Source of the DNA: Eledone cirrhosa
Taxonomy: Eukaryota
NCBI GenBank assembly: GCA_964016885.1
Contig: OZ024741.1
Coordinates: 414,532,001 to 414,596,000 of the forward strand
Direction: 5' to 3'
DNA: 64,000 nucleotides
In this document: positions 37,601 to 55,600 of the stretch, piece after piece
Numbering within the stretch: the first letter of the stretch is position 1
How the letters are laid out: every line of letters begins with the position of its first letter
The notes under the pieces: model-generated
Databases searched by the model: none
What the model was told of the DNA's origin: nothing
The model's input: only the letters and a program-made list of their open reading frames with translations
Position numbers and translations under genes: made by a program

Positions 37601-40600
37601 CGAGTATAAGACACCAGGAGACCTACATCACACGTACTTTGGTCTGACACTCTACCCAGTATAAGACACCGGGAGACCTACATCACACGTACTTTGGTCT
37701 GACACTCTACCGAGTATAAGACACCAGGAGACCTACATCACACGTACTTTGGTCTGACACTCTACCGAGTATAAGACACCAGGAGACCTACATCACACAT
37801 ACATAGGTTTAACACTCTACCGAGTATAAGACACCAGGAGACCTACATCACACGTACTTTGGTCTGACACTCTACCGAGTATAAGACACCAGGAGACCTA
37901 CATCACACGTACTTTGGTCTGACACTCTACCGAGTATAAGACACCAGGAGACCTACATCACATGTACTTTGGTCACACTCTACCAAGTATAAGCCACCAG
38001 GAGACCTACATCACACATACTTTGGTCTGACACTTTACCGAGTATAAGACACCAGGAGACCTACATCACACATACTTTGGTCTGACACTTTACCGACTAT
38101 AAGACACTAGGAGACCTACATCACACGTAGTTTGGTCTGACACTCTACCGAGTATAAGACACCAGGAGACCTACATCACACGTACTTTGGTCTGACACTC
38201 TACCAAGTATAAGCCACCAGGAGACCTACATCACACATACTTTGGTCTGACACTTTACCGAGTATAAGACACCAGGAGACCTACATCACACGTAATTTGG
38301 TCTCACACTCTACCAAGTATAAGACACCAGGAGACCTACAGCACACATACTTTGGTCTCACACCCTACCGAATATAAGACACCAGGAGACCTACATCACA
38401 CATACTTTGGTCTTACACTCTACCGAGTATAAGACACCAGGAGACCTACATCACACATACTTTGGTCTTACACTCTACCAAGTATAAGACACCAAGAGAC
38501 CTACATCACACATACTTTGGTCTGACACTCTACCGAGTATAAGACACCAGGAGACCTACATCACACATACATAGATCTGACACTCTACCGCGTATAAGAC
38601 ACCAGGAGACCTACATCACACGTACTTTGGTCTGACACTCTACCGAGTATAAGACACCAGGAGACCTACATCACACGTACTTTGGTCTGACACTCTACCC
38701 AGTATAAGACACCGGGAGACCTACATCACACGTACTTTGGTCTGACACTCTACCGAGTATAAGACACCAGGAGACCTACATCACACGTACTTTGGTCTGA
38801 CACTCTACCGAGTATAAGACACCAGGAGACCTACATCACACATACATAGGTTTAACACTCTACCGAGTATAAGACATCAGGAGACCTACATCACACATAC
38901 ATAGGTTTAACACTCTACTGAGTATAAGACACCAGGAGACCCAGATCACACATACTTTGGTCTGACACTCTACCGAGTATAAGACACCAGGAGACCTACA
39001 TCACACATACTTTGGTCTGACACTCTACCAAGTATAAGACACCAGGAGACCTACATCACACGTACTTTGGTCTTACACTCTACTGAGTATAAGACACCAG
39101 GAGGCCTACATCACACGTACTTTGGTCTGACACTCTACCGAATGTAAGACACCAGGAGACCTACATCACACGTACTTTGGTCTGACACTCTACCGAGTAT
39201 AAGACACCAGGAGACCTACATCACACGTACTTTGGTCTGACACTCTACCGAGTATAAGACACCAGGAGACCTACATCACATGTACTTTGGTCTGACACTC
39301 TACCAAGTATAAGCCACCAGGAGACCTACATCACACATACTTTGGTCTGACACTTTACCGAGTATAAGACACCAGGAGACCTACATCACACATACTTTGG
39401 TCTGACACTCTACCGACTATAAGACACTAGGAGACCTACATCACACGTACTTTGGTCTGACACTCTACCGAGTATAAGACACCAGGAGACCTACATCACA
39501 CGTACTTTGGTCTGACACTCTACCGAGTATAAGACACCAGGAGACCTACATCACACGTACTTTGGTCTGACACTCTACCGAGTATAAGACACCAGGAGAC
39601 CTACATCACACATACTTTGGTCTGACACTCTACCGAGTATAACACACCAGGAGACCTACATCACACATACTTTGGTCTGACACTCTACCAAGTATAACAC
39701 ACCAGGAGACCTACAGCACACATACTTTGGTCTGACACTCTACCAAGTATAACACACCAGGAGACCTACATCGCACATACTTTGGTCTGACACTCTACCT
39801 ATTATAAGACACCAGGAGACCTACATAAACACAAACATAGGTTTAACACACTACTGAGTATAAGACACCAGGAGACCTACATCACACATACATAGGTCTG
39901 GCACTCTACCGAGTATAAGACACCAGGAGACCTACATCACAGATACATAGGTCTGACACTCTACCGAGTATAAGACACCAGGAGACCTACATCACACGTA
40001 CTTTGGTCTCACACTCTACCGAGTATAAGACACCAGGAGACCTACATCACACATACTTTGGTCTGACACTCTACCGACTATAAGACACTAGGAGACCTAC
40101 ATCACACGTACTTTGGTCTGACACTCTACCGAGTATAAGACACCAGGAGACCTACAGCACACATACTTTGATCTGACACTCTACCGAGTATAACACACCA
40201 GGAGACCTACATCACACATACATAGATCTGACACTCTACCGCGTATAAGACACCAGGAGACCTACATCACACGTACTTTGGTCTGACACTCTACCGAGTA
40301 TAAGACACCAGGAGACCTACATCACACGTACTTTGGTCTGACACTCTACCCAGTATAAGACACCGGGAGACCTACATCACACGTACTTTGGTCTGACACT
40401 CTACCGAGTATAAGACACCAGGAGACCTACATCACACGTACTTTGGTCTGACACTCTACCGAGTATAAGACACCAGGAGACCTACATCACACATACATAG
40501 GTTTAACACTCTACCGAGTATAAGACAGCAGGAGACCTACATCACACATACATAAGTTTAACACTCTACTGAGTATAAGACACCAGGAGACCTACATCAC

Positions 40601-43600
40601 ACATACTTTGGTCTGACACTCTACCGAGTATAAGACACCAGGAGACCTACATCACACATACTTTGGTCTGACACTCTACCGAGTATAAGACACCAGGAGA
40701 CCTACATCACACGTACTTTGGTCTTACACTCTACCGAGTATAAGACACCAGGTGGCCTACATCACACGTACTTTGGTCTGACACTCTACCGAATATAAGA
40801 CACCAGGAGACCTACATCACACGTACTTTGGTCTGACACTCTACCGAGTATAAGACACCAGGAGACCTACATCACACGTACTTTGGTCTGACACTCTACC
40901 GAGTATAAGACACTAGGAGACCTACATCACATGTACTTTGGTCTGACACTCTACCAAGTATAAGCCACCAGGAGACCTACATCACACATACTTTGGTCTG
41001 ACACTTTACCGAGTATAAGACACCAGGAGACCTACATCACACGTACTTTGGTCTCACACTCTACCAAGTATAAGACACCAGGAGACCTACATCACACATA
41101 CTTTGGTCTTACATTCTACCGAGTATAAGACACCAGGAGACCTACATCACACATACTTTGGTCTTACACTCTACCAAGTATAAGACACCAGGAGACCTAC
41201 ATCACACATACTTTGGTCTGACACTCTACCGAGTATAAGACACCAGGAGACCTACATCACACATACATAGATCTGACACTCTACCGCGTATAAGACACCA
41301 GGAGACCTACATCACACGTACTTTGGTCTGACACTCTACCGAGTATAAGACACCAGGAGACCTACATCACACGTACTTTGGTCTGACACTCTACCCAGTA
41401 TAAGACACCGGGAAACCTACATCACACGTACTTTGGGCTGACACTCTACCGAGTATAAGACACCAGGAGACCTACATCACACATACTTTGGTCTGACACT
41501 CTACCGAGTATAAGACACCAGGAGACCTACATCACACATACATAGGTTTAACACTCTACCGAGTATAAGACACCATGAGACCTACATCACACATACATAG
41601 GTTTAACACTCTACTGAGTATAAGACACCAGGAGACCTACATCACACATACTTTGGTCTGACACTCTACCGAGTATAAGACACCAGGAGACCTACATCAC
41701 ACATACTTTGGTCTGACACTCTACCGAGTATAAGACACCAGGAGACCTACATCACACGTACTTTGGTCTTACACTCTACCGAGTATAAGACACCAGGAGG
41801 CCTACATCACACGTACTTTGGTCTGACACTCTACCGAATATAAGACACCAGGAGACCTACATCACACGTACTTTGGTCTGACACTCTACCGAGTATAAGA
41901 CACCAGGAGACCTACATCACACGTACTTTGGTCTGACACTCTACCGAGTATAAGACACCAGGAGACCTACATCACATGTACTTTGGTCTGACACTACCAA
42001 GTATAAGCCACCAGGAGACCTACATCACACATACTTTGGTCTGACACTTTACCGAGTATAAGACACCAGGAGACCTACATCACACATACTTTGGTCTGAC
42101 ACTCTACCGACTATAAGACACCAGGAGACCTACATCACACGTACTTTGGTCTGACACTCTACCGAGTATAAGACACCAGGTGACCTACATCACACGTAAT
42201 TTGGTCTGACACTCTACCGAGTATAAGACGCCAGGAGACCTACATGACACGTACTTTGGTCTGACACTCTACCGAGTATAAGACACCGGGAGACCTACAT
42301 CACACGTACTTTGGTCTGACACTCTACCGAGTATAAGACACCAGGAGACCTACATGACACGTACTTTGGTCTGACACTCTACCGAGTATAAGACACCAGG
42401 AGACCTACATCACACGGACTTTGGTCTGACACTCTACCGAGTATAAGACACCAGGAGACCTACATCACACATACTTTGGTCTGACACTCTACCGACTATA
42501 ACACACCAGGAGATCTACATCACACATACTTTGGTCTGACACTCTACCAAGTATAACACACCAGGAGACCTACAGCACACATACTTTGGTCTGACACTCT
42601 ACCAAGTATAAGACACCAGGAGACCTACATCACACATACTTTGGTCTGACACTCTACCGAGTATAACACACCAGGAGACCTACATCACACATACTTTGGT
42701 CTGACACACTACCGAGTATAACACACCAGGAGACCTACAGCACACATACTTTGGTCTCACACTCTACTGAGTATAACACACGAGGAGACCTACATCGCAC
42801 ATACTTTGGTCTGACACTCTACCGAGTATAACACACCAGGAGAACTACATCACACATACTTTGGTCTGACACTCTACCGAGTATAACACACCAGGAGACC
42901 TACAGCACACATACTTTGATCTGACAGTCTACCGAGTATAAGACACCAGGAGACCTACATCACACGTACTTTGGTCTGACACTCTACCGAGTATAACACA
43001 CCAGGAGACCTACATCACACATACATAGATCTGACACTCTACCGCGTATAAGACACCAGGAGACCTACATCACACGTACTTTGGTCTGACACTCTACCGA
43101 GTATAAGACACCAGGAGACCAACATCACACGTACTTTGGTCTGACACTCTACCCAGTATAAGACACCGGGAGACCTACATCACACATACTTTGGTCTGAC
43201 ACTCTACCGAGTATAAGACACCAGGAGACCTACATCACACGTACTTTGGTCTGACACTCTACCGAGTATAGGTCAACAGGAGACCTACATCACACATACA
43301 TAGGTTTAACACTCTACCGAGTATAAGACACCAGGAGACCTACATCACACATACATAGGTTTAACACTCTACTGAGTATAAGACACCAGGAGACCTACAT
43401 CACACATACTTTGGTCTGACACTCTACCGAGTATAAGACACCAGGAGACCTACATCACACATACTTTGGTCTGACACTCTACCGAGTATAAGACACCAGG
43501 AGACCTACATCACACGTACTTTGGTCTTACACTCTACCGAGTATAAGACACCGGGGGGCCTACATCACACGTACTTTGGTCTGACACTCTACCGAATATA

Positions 43601-46600
43601 AGACACCAGGAGACCTACATCAGACGTACTTTGGTCTGACACTACCGAGTATAAGACACCAGGAGACCTACATCACACGTACTTTGGTCTGACACTCTAC
43701 CGAGTATAAGACACCAGGAGACCTACATCACATGTACTTTGGTCTGACACTCTACCAAGTATAAGCCACCAGGAGACCTACATCACACATACTTTGGTCT
43801 GACACTTTACCGAGTATAAGACACCAGGAGACCTACATCACACATACTTTGGTCTGACACTCTACCGACTATAAGACACTAGGAGACCTACATCACACGT
43901 ACTTTGGTCTGACACTCTACCGAGTATAAGACACCAGGAGACCTACATCACACGTACTTTGGTCTGACACTCTACCGAGTATAAGACACCAGGAGACCTA
44001 CATCACACGTACTTTGGTCTGACACCCTACCCAGTATAAGACACCGGGAGACCTACATCACACGTACTTTGGTCTGACACTCTACCGAGTATAAGACACC
44101 AGGAGACCTACATGACACGTAATTTGGTCTGACACTCTACCGAGTATAAGACACCAGGAGACCTACATCACACTTACTTTGGTCTGACACTCTACCGAGT
44201 ATAAGACACCAGGAGACCTACATCACACATACTTTGGTCTGACACTCTACCGAGTATAACACACCAGGAGACCTACATCACACATACTTTGGTCTGACAC
44301 TCTACCAAGTATAACACACCAGGAGACCTACAGCACACATACTTTGGTCTGACACTCTACCAAGTATAAGACACCAGGAGACATACATCACACATACTTT
44401 GGTCTGACACTCTACCGAGTATAACACACCAGGAGACCTACATCACACATACTTTGGTCTGACACTCTACCGAGTATAACACACCAGGAGACCTACAGCA
44501 CACATACTTTGGTCTCACACTCTACTGAGTATAACACACGAGGAGACCTACATCACACATACTTTGGTCTGACACTCTACCGAGTATAACACACCAGGAG
44601 AACTACATCACACATACTTTGGTCTGACACTCTACCGAGTATAACACACCAGGAGACCTACATCACACATACATAGATCTGACACTCTACCGCGTATAAG
44701 ACACCAGGAGACCTACATCACACGTACTTTGGTGTGACACTCTACCGAGTATAAGACACCAGGAGACCTACATCACACGTACTTTGGTCTGACGCTCTAC
44801 CGAGTATAAGACACCAGGAGACCTACATCACACATACATAGGTCTGACACTCTACCGAGTATAAGACACCAGGAGACCTACATCACACGTACTTTGGTCT
44901 CACACTCTACCGAGTATAAGACACCAGGAGACCTACAGCACACATACTTTGATCTGACACTCTACCGAGTATAAGACACCAGGAGACCTACATCACACGT
45001 ACTTTGGTCTGACACTCTACCGAGTATAAGACACCAGGAGACCTACATCACACGTACTTTGGTCTGACACTCTACCCAGTATAAGACACCGGGAGACCTA
45101 CATCACACGTACTTTGGTCTGACACTCTACCGAGTATAAGACACCAGGAGACCTACATCACACGTACTTTGGTCTGACACTCTACCAAGTATAAGACACC
45201 AGGAGACCTACATCACACATACATAGGTTTAACACTCTACGGAGTATTAGACACCAGGAGACCTACATCACACATACATAGGTTTAACACTCTACTGAGT
45301 ATAAGACACCAGGAGACCTACATCACACATACTTTGGTCTGACACTCTACCGAGTATAAGACACCTGGAGACCTACATCACACATACTTTGGTCTGACAC
45401 TCTACCGAGTATAAGACACCAGGAGACCTACATCACACGTACTTTGGTCTTACACTCTACCGAGTATAAGACACCAGGAGGCCTACATCACACGTACTTT
45501 GGTCTGACACTCTACCGAATATAAGACACCAGGAGACCTACATCACACGTACTTTGGTCTGACACTCTACCGAGTATAAGACACTAGGAGACCTACATCA
45601 CACGTACTTTGGTCTGACACTCTACCGAGTATAAGACACCAGGAGACCTACATCACATGTACTTTGGTCTGACACTCTACCAAGTATAAGCCACCAGGAG
45701 ACCTACATCACACATACTTTGGTCTGACACTTTACCGAGTATAAGACACCAGGAGACCTACATCACACATACATAGGTCTGACACTCTACCGAGTATAAG
45801 ACACCAGGAGACCTACATCACACATACATAGGTCTGACACTCTACCGAGTATAAGACACCAGGAGACCTACAGCACACATACTTTGGTCTCACACCCTAC
45901 CGAATATAAGACACCAGGAGACCTACATCACACATACTTTGGTCTTACACTCTACCGAGTATAAGACACCAGGAGACCTACATCACACATACTTTGGTCT
46001 TACACTCTACCAAGTATAAGACACCAGGAGACCTACATCACACATACTTTGGTCTGACACTCTACCGAGTATAAGACACCAGGAGACCTACATCACACAT
46101 ACATAGGTTTAACACTCTACCGAGTATAAGACACCAGGAGACCTACATCACACATACATAGGTTTAACACTCTACTGAGTATAAGACACCGGGAGACCTA
46201 CATCACACGTACTTTGGTCTGACACTCTACCGAGTATAAGACACCAGGAGACCTACATCACACGTACTTTGGTCTGACACTCTACCGAGTATAAGACACC
46301 AGGAGACCTACATCACACATACATAGGTTTAACACTCTACCGAGTATAAGACACCAGGAGACCTACATCACACATACATAAGTTTAACACTCTACTGAGT
46401 ATAAGACACCAGGAGACCTACATCACACATACTTTGGTCTGACACTCTACCGAGTATAAGACACCAGGAGACCTACATCACACATACTTTGGTCTGACAC
46501 TCTACCGAGTATAAGACACCAGGAGACCTACATCACACGTACTTTGGTCTTACACTCTACCGAGTATAAGACACCAGGTGGCCTACATCACACGTACTTT

Positions 46601-49600
46601 GGTCTGACACTCTACCGAATATAAGACACCAGGAGACCTACATCACACGTACTTTGGTCTGACACTCTACCGAGTATAAGACACCAGGAGACCTACATCA
46701 CACGTACTTTGGTCTGACACTCTACCGAGTATAAGACACCAGGAGACCTACATCACATGTACTTTGGTCTGACACTCTACCAAGTATAAGCCACCAGGAG
46801 ACCTACATCACACATACTTTGGTCTGACACTTTACCGAGTATAAGACACCAGGAGACCTACATCACACGTACTTTGGTCTCACACTCTACCAAGTATAAG
46901 ACACCAGGAGACCTACATCACACGTACTTTGGTCTCACACTCTACCAAGTATAAGCCACCAGGAGACCTACATCACACATACTTTGGTCTTACACTCGAC
47001 CGAGTATAAGACACCAGGAGACCTACATCACACATACTTTGGTCTTACACTCTACCAAGTATAAGACACCAGGAGACCTACATCACACATACTTTGGTCT
47101 GACACTCTACCGAGTATAAGACACCAGGAGACCTACATCACACATACATAGATCTGACACTCTACCGCGTATAAGACACCAGGAGACCTACATCACACGT
47201 ACTTTGGTCTGACACTCTACCGAGTATAAGACACCAGGAGACCTACATCACACGTACTTTGGTCTGACACTCTACCCAGTATAAGACACCGGGAGACCTA
47301 CATCACACGTACTTTGGGCTGACACTCTACCGAGTATAAGACACCAGGAGACCTACATCACACGGACTTTGGTCTGACACTCTACCGAGTATAAGACACC
47401 AGGAGACCTACATCACACATACTTTGGTCTGACACTCTACCGAGTATAACACACCAGGAGACCTACATCACACATACTTTGGTCTGACACTCTACCGAGT
47501 ATAACACACCAGGAGACCTACAGCACACATACTTTGGTCTCACACTCTACTGAGTATAACACACGAGGAGACCTACATCGCACATACTTTGGTCTGACAC
47601 TCTACCGAGTATAACACACCAGGAGAACTACATCACACATACTTTGGTCTGACACTCTACCGAGTATAACACACCAGGAGACCTACAGCACACATACTTT
47701 GATCTGACAGTCTACCGAGTATAAGACACCAGGAGACCTACATCACACGTACTTTGGTCTGACACTCTACCGAGTATAACACACCAGGAGACCTACATCA
47801 CACATACATAGATCTGACACTCTACCGCGTATAAGACACCAGGAGACCTACATCACACGTACTTTGGTCTGACACTCTACCGAGTATAAAACACCAGGAG
47901 ACCAACATCACACGTACTTTGGTCTGACACTCTACCCAGTATAAGACACCGGGAGACCTACATCACACATACTTTGGTCTGACACTCGACCGAGTATAAG
48001 ACACCAGGAGACCTACATCACACGTACTTTGGTCTGACACTCTACCGAGTATAGGTCAACAGGAGACCTACATCACACATACATAGGTTTAACACTCTAC
48101 CGAGTATAAGACACCAGGAGACCTACATCACACATACATAGGTTTAACACTCTACTGAGTATAAGACACCAGGAGACCTACATCACACATACTTTGGTCT
48201 GACACTCTACCGAGTATAAGACACCAGGAGACCTACATCACACATACTTTGGTCTGACACTCTACCGAGTATAAGACACCAGGAGACCTACATCACACGT
48301 ACTTTGGTCTTACACTCTACCGAGTATAAGACACCAGGGGGCCTACATCACACGTACTTTGGTCTGACACTCTACCGAATATAAGACACCAGGAGACCTA
48401 CATCAGACGTACTTTGGTCTGACACTACCGAGTATAAGACACCAGGAGACCTACATCACACGTACTTTGGTCTGACACTCTACCGAGTATAAGACACCAG
48501 GAGACCTACATCACATGTACTTTGGTCTGACACTCTACCAAGTATAAGCCACCAGGAGACCTACATCACACATACTTTGGTCTGACACTTTACCGAGTAT
48601 AAGACACCAGGAGACCTACATCACACATACTTTGGTCTGACACTCTACCGACTATAAGACACTAGGAGACCTACATCACACGTACTTTGGTCTGACACTC
48701 TACCGAGTATAAGACACCAGGAGACCTACATCACACGTACTTTGGTCTGACACTCTACCGAGTATAAGACACCAGGAGACCTACATCACACGTACTTTGG
48801 TCTGACACTCTACCCAGTATAAGACACCGGGAGACCTACATCACACGTACTTTGGTCTGACACTCTACCGAGTATAAGACACCAGGAGACCTACATGACA
48901 CGTAATTTGGTCTGACACTCTACCGAGTATAAGACACCAGGAGACCTACATCACACTTACTTTGGTCTGACACTCTACCGAGTATAAGACACCAGGAGAC
49001 CTACATCACACGGACTTTGGTCTGACACTCTACCGAGTATAAGACACCAGGAGACCTACATCACACATACTTTGGTCTGACACTCTACCGAGTATAACAC
49101 ACCAGGAGACCTACATCACACATACTTTGGTCTGACACTCTACCGAGTATAACACACCAGGAGACCTACAGCACACATACTTTGGTCTCACACTCTACTG
49201 AGTATAACACACGAGGAGACCTACATCGCACATACTTTGGTCTGACACTCTACCGAGTATAACACACCAGGAGAACTACATCACACATACTTTGGTCTGA
49301 CACTCTACCGAGTATAACACACCAGGAGACCTACAGCACACATACTTTGATCTGACAGTCTACCGAGTATAAGACACCAGGAGACCTACATCACACGTAC
49401 TTTGGTCTGACACTCTACCGAGTATAACACACCAGGAGACCTACATCACACATACATAGATCTGACACTCTACCGCGTATAAGACACCAGGAGACCTACA
49501 TCACACGTACTTTGGTCTGACACTCTACCGAGTATAAGACACCAGGAGACCAACATCACACGTACTTTGGTCTGACACTCTACCCAGTATAAGACACCGG

Positions 49601-52600
49601 GAGACCTACATCACACATACTTTGGTCTGACACTCTACCGAGTATAAGACACCAGGAGACCTACATCACACGTACTTTGGTCTGACACTCTACCGAGTAT
49701 AGGTCAACAGGAGACCTACATCACACATACATAGGTTTAACACTCTACCGAGTATAAGACACCAGGAGACCTACATCACACATACATAGGTTTAACACTC
49801 TACTGAGTATAAGACACCAGGAGACCTACATCACACATACTTTGGTCTGACACTCTACCGAGTATAAGACACCAGGAGACCTACATCACACATACTTTGG
49901 TCTGACACTCTACCGAGTATAAGACACCAGGAGACCTACATCACACGTAGTTTGGTCTTACACTCTACCGAGTATAAGACACCAGGGGGCCTACATCACA
50001 CGTACTTTGGTCTGACACTCTACCGAATATAAGACACCAGGAGACCTACATCAGACGTACTTTGGTCTGACACTACCGAGTATAAGACACCAGAAGACCT
50101 ACATCACACGTACTTTGGTCTGACACTCTACTGAGTATAAGACACCAGGAGACCTACATCACATGTACTTTGGTCTGACACTCTACCAAGTTTAAGCCAC
50201 CAGGAGACCTACATCACACATACTTTGGTCTGACACTTTACCGAGTATAAGACACCAGGAGACCTACATCACACATACTTTGGTCTGACACTCTACCGAC
50301 TATAAGACACCAGGAGACCTACATCACACGTACTTTGGTCTGACACTCTACCGAGTATAAGACACCAGGAGACCTACATCACACGTACTTTGGTCTGACA
50401 CTCTACCGAGTATAAGACACCAGGAGACCTACATCACACGTACTTTGGTCTGACACTCTACCCAGTATAAGACACCGGGAGACCTACATCACACGTACTT
50501 TGGTCTGACACTCTACCGAGTATAAGACACCAGGAGACCTACATGACACGTAATTTGGTCTGACACTCTACCGAGTATAAGACACCAGGAGACCTACATC
50601 ACACTTACTTTGGTCTGACACTCTACCGAGTATAAGACACCAGGAGACCTTCATCACACATACTTTGGTCTGACACTCTACCGAGTATAACACACCAGGA
50701 GACCTACATCACACATACTTTGGTCTGACACTCTACCAAGTATAACACACAAGGAGACCTACAGCACACATACTTTGGTCTGACACTCTACCAAGTATAA
50801 GACACCAGGAGACATACATCACACATACTTTGGTCTGACACTCTACCGAGTATAACACACCAGGAGACCTACATCACACATACTTTGGTCTCACACTCTA
50901 CTGAGTATAACACACGAGGAGACCTACATCACACATACTTTGGTCTGACACTCTACCGAGTATAACACACCAGGAGAACTACATCACACATACTTTGGTC
51001 TGACACTCTACCGAGTATAACACACCAGGAGACCTACATCACACATACATAGATCTGACACTCTACCGCGTATAAGACACCAGGAGACCTACATCACACG
51101 TACTTTGGTGTGACACTCTACCGAGTATAAGACACCAGGAGACCTACATCACACGTACTTTGGTCTGACGCTCTACCGAGTATAAGACACCAGGAGAACT
51201 ACATCACACATACTTTGGTCTGACACTCTACCGAGTATAACACACCAGGAGACCTACATCACACATACATAGATCTGACACTCTACCGCGTATAAGACAC
51301 CAGGAGACCTACATCACACGTACTTTGGTGTGACACTCTACCGAGTATAAGACACCAGGAGACCTACATCACACGTACTTTGGTCTCACACTCTACCGAG
51401 TATAAGACACCAGGAGACCTACAGCACACATACTTTGATCTGACACTCTACCGAGTATAAGACACCAGGAGACCTACATCACACGTACTTTGGTCTGACA
51501 CTCTTCCGCGTATAAGACACCAGGAGACCTACATCACACGTACTTTGGTCTGACACTCTACCGAGTATAAGACACCAGGAGACCTACATCACACGTACTT
51601 TGGTCTGACACTCTACCCAGTATAAGACACCGGGAGACCTACATCACACGTACTTTGGTCTGACACTCTACCGAGTATAAGACACCAGGAGACCTACATC
51701 ACACGTACTTTGGTCTGACACTCTACCAAGTATAAGACACCAGGAGACCTACATCACACATACATAGGTTTAACACTCTACCGAGTATAAGACACCAGGA
51801 GACCTACATCACACATACATAGGTTTAACACTCTACTGAGTATAAGACACCAGGAGACCTACATCACACATACTTTGGTCTGACACTCTACCGAGTATAA
51901 GACACCAGGAGAACTACATCACACATACTTTGGTCTGACACTCTACCGAGTATAAGACACCAGGAGACCTACATCACACGTACTTTGGTCTTACACTCTA
52001 CCGAGTATAAGACACCAGGAGGCCTACATCACACGTACTTTGGTCTGACACTCTACCGAATATAAGACACCAGGAGACCTACATCACACGTACTTTGGTC
52101 TGACACTCTACCGAGTATAAGACACCAGGAGACCTACATCACACGTACTTTGGTCTGACACTCTACCGAGTATAAGACACCAGGAGACCTACATCACATG
52201 TACTTTGGTCTGACACTCTACCGAGTATAAGACACCAGGAGACCTACATCACACGTACTTTGGTCTGACACTCTACCGAGTATAGGTCAACAGGAGACCT
52301 ACATCACACATACATAGGTTTAACACTCTACCGAGTATAACACACCAGGAGACCTACAGCACACATACTTTGGTCTCACACTCTACTGAGTATAACACAC
52401 GAGGAGACCTACATCGCACATACTTTGGTCTGACACTCTACCGAGTATAACACACCAGGAGAACTACATCACACATACTTTGGTCTGACACTCTACCGAG
52501 TATAACACACCAGGAGACCTACAGCACACATACTTTGATCTGACAGTCTACCGAGTATAAGACACCAGGAGACCTACATCACACGTACTTTGGTCTGACA

Positions 52601-55600
52601 CTCTACCGAGTATAACACACCAGGAGACCTACATCACACATACATAGATCTGACACTCTACCGCGTATAAGACACCAGGAGACCTACATCACACGTACTT
52701 TGGTCTGACACTCTACCGAGTATAAGACACCAGGAGACCAACATCACACGTACTTTGGTCTGACACTCTACCCAGTATAAGACACCGGGAGACCTACATC
52801 ACACATACTTTGGTCTGACACTCTACCGAGTATAAGACACCAGGAGACCTACATCACACGTACTTTGGTCTGACACTCTACCGAGTATAGGTCAACAGGA
52901 GACCTACATCACACATACATAGGTTTAACACTCTACCGAGTATAAGACACCAGGAGACCTACATCACACATACATAGGTTTAACACTCTACTGAGTATAA
53001 GACACCAGGAGACCTACATCACACATACTTTGGTCTGACACTCTACCGAGTATAAGACACCAGGAGACCTACATCACACATACTTTGGTCTGACACTCTA
53101 CCGAGTATAAGACACCAGGAGACCTACATCACACGTACTTTGGTCTTACACTCTACCGAGTATAAGACACCAGGGGGCCTACATCACACGTACTTTGGTC
53201 TGACACTCTACCGAATATAAGACACCAGGAGACCTACATCAGACGTACTTTGGTCTGACACTACCGAGTATAAGACACCAGGAGACCTACATCACACGTA
53301 CTTTGGTCTGACACTCTACCGAGTATAAGACACCAGGAGACCTACATCACATGTACTTTGGTCTGCCACTCTACCAAGTATAAGCCACCAGGAGACCTAC
53401 ATCACACATACTTTGGTCTGACACTTTACCGAGTATAAGACACCAGGAGACCTACATCACACGTACTTTGGTCTGACACTTTACCGAGTATAAGACACCA
53501 GGAGACCTACATCACACGTACTTTGGTCTGACACTCTACCGAGTATAAGACACCAGGAGACCTACATCACACGTACTTTGGTCTGACACTCTACCCAGTA
53601 TAAGACACCGGGAGACCTACATCACACGTACTTTGGTCTGACACTCTACCGAGTATAAGACACCAGGAGACCTACATGACACGTAATTTGGTCTGACACT
53701 CTACCGAGTATAAGACACCAGGAGTCCTACATCACACTTACTTTGGTCTGACACTCTACCGAGTATAAGACACCAGGAGACCTACATCACACATACTTTG
53801 GTCTGACACTCTACCGAGTATAACACACCAGGAGACCTACATCACACATACTTTGGTCTGACACTCTACCAAGTATAACACACCAGGAGACCTACAGCAC
53901 ACATACTTTGGTCTGACACTCTACCAAGTATAAGACACCAGGAGACATACATCACACATACTTTGGTCTGACACTCTACCGAGTATAACACACCAGGAGA
54001 CCTACATCACACATACTTTGGTCTGACACTCTACCGAGTATAACACACCAGGAGACCTACAGCACACATACTTTGGTCTCACACTCTACTGAGTATAACA
54101 CACGAGGAGACCTACATCACACATACTTTGGTCTGACACTCTACCGAGTATAACACACCAGGAGAACTACATCACACATACTTTGGTCTGACACTCTACC
54201 GAGTATAACACACCAGGAGACCTACATCACACATACATAGATCTGACACTCTACCGCGTATAAGACACCAGGAGACCTACATCACACGTACTTTGGTGTG
54301 ACACTCTACCGAGTATAAGACACCAGGAGACCTACATCACACGTACTTTGGTCTGACGCTCTACCGAGTATAAGACACCAGGAGACCTACATCACACATA
54401 CATAGGTCTGACACTCTACCGAGTATAAGACACCAGGAGACCTACATCACACGTACTTTGGTCTCACACTCTACCGAGTATAAGACACCAGGAGACCTAC
54501 AGCACACATACTTTGGTCTTACACTCTACCGAGTATAAGACACCAGGAGGCCTACATCACACGTACTTTGGTCTGACACTCTACCGAATATAAGACACCA
54601 GGAGACCTACATCACACGTACTTTGGTCTGACACTCTACCGAGTATAAGACACCAGGAGACCTACATCACACGTACTTTGGTCTGACACTCTACCGAGTA
54701 TAAGACACCAGGAGACCTACATCACATGTACTTTGGTCTGACCCTCTACCGAGTATAAGACACCAGGAGACCTACATCACACGTACTTTGGTCTGACACT
54801 CTACCGAGTATAGGTCAACAGGAGACCTACATCACACATACATAGGTTTAACACTCTACCGAGTATAACACACCAGGAGACCTACAGCACACATACTTTG
54901 GTCTCACACTCTACTGAGTATAACACACGAGGAGACCTACATCGCACATACTTTGGTCTGACACTCTACCGAGTATAACACACCAGGAGAACTACATCAC
55001 ACATACTTTGGTCTGACACTCTACCGAGTATAACACACCAGGAGACCTACAGCACACATACTTTGATCTGACACTTTACCGAGTATAAGACACCAGGAGA
55101 CCTACATCACACGTACTTTGGTCTTACACTCTACCGAGTATAAGACACCAGGGGGCCTACATCACACGTACTTTGGTCTGACACTCTACCGAATATAAGA
55201 CACCAGGAGACCTACATCAGACGTACTTTGGTCTGACACTACCGAGTATAAGACACCAGGAGACCTACATCACACGTACTTTGGTCTGACACTCTACCGA
55301 GTATAAGACACCAGGAGACCTACATCACACGTACTTTGGTCTGACACTCTACCCAGTATAAGACACCGGGAGACCTACATCACACGTACTTTGGTCTGAC
55401 ACTCTACCGAGTATAAGACACCAGGAGACCTACATGACACGTAATTTGGTCTGACACTCTACCGAGTATAAGACACCAGGAGACCTACATCACACTTACT
55501 TTGGTCTGACACTCTACCGAGTATAAGACACCAGGAGACCTACATCACACATACTTTGGTCTGACACTCTACCGAGTATAACACACCAGGAGACCTACAT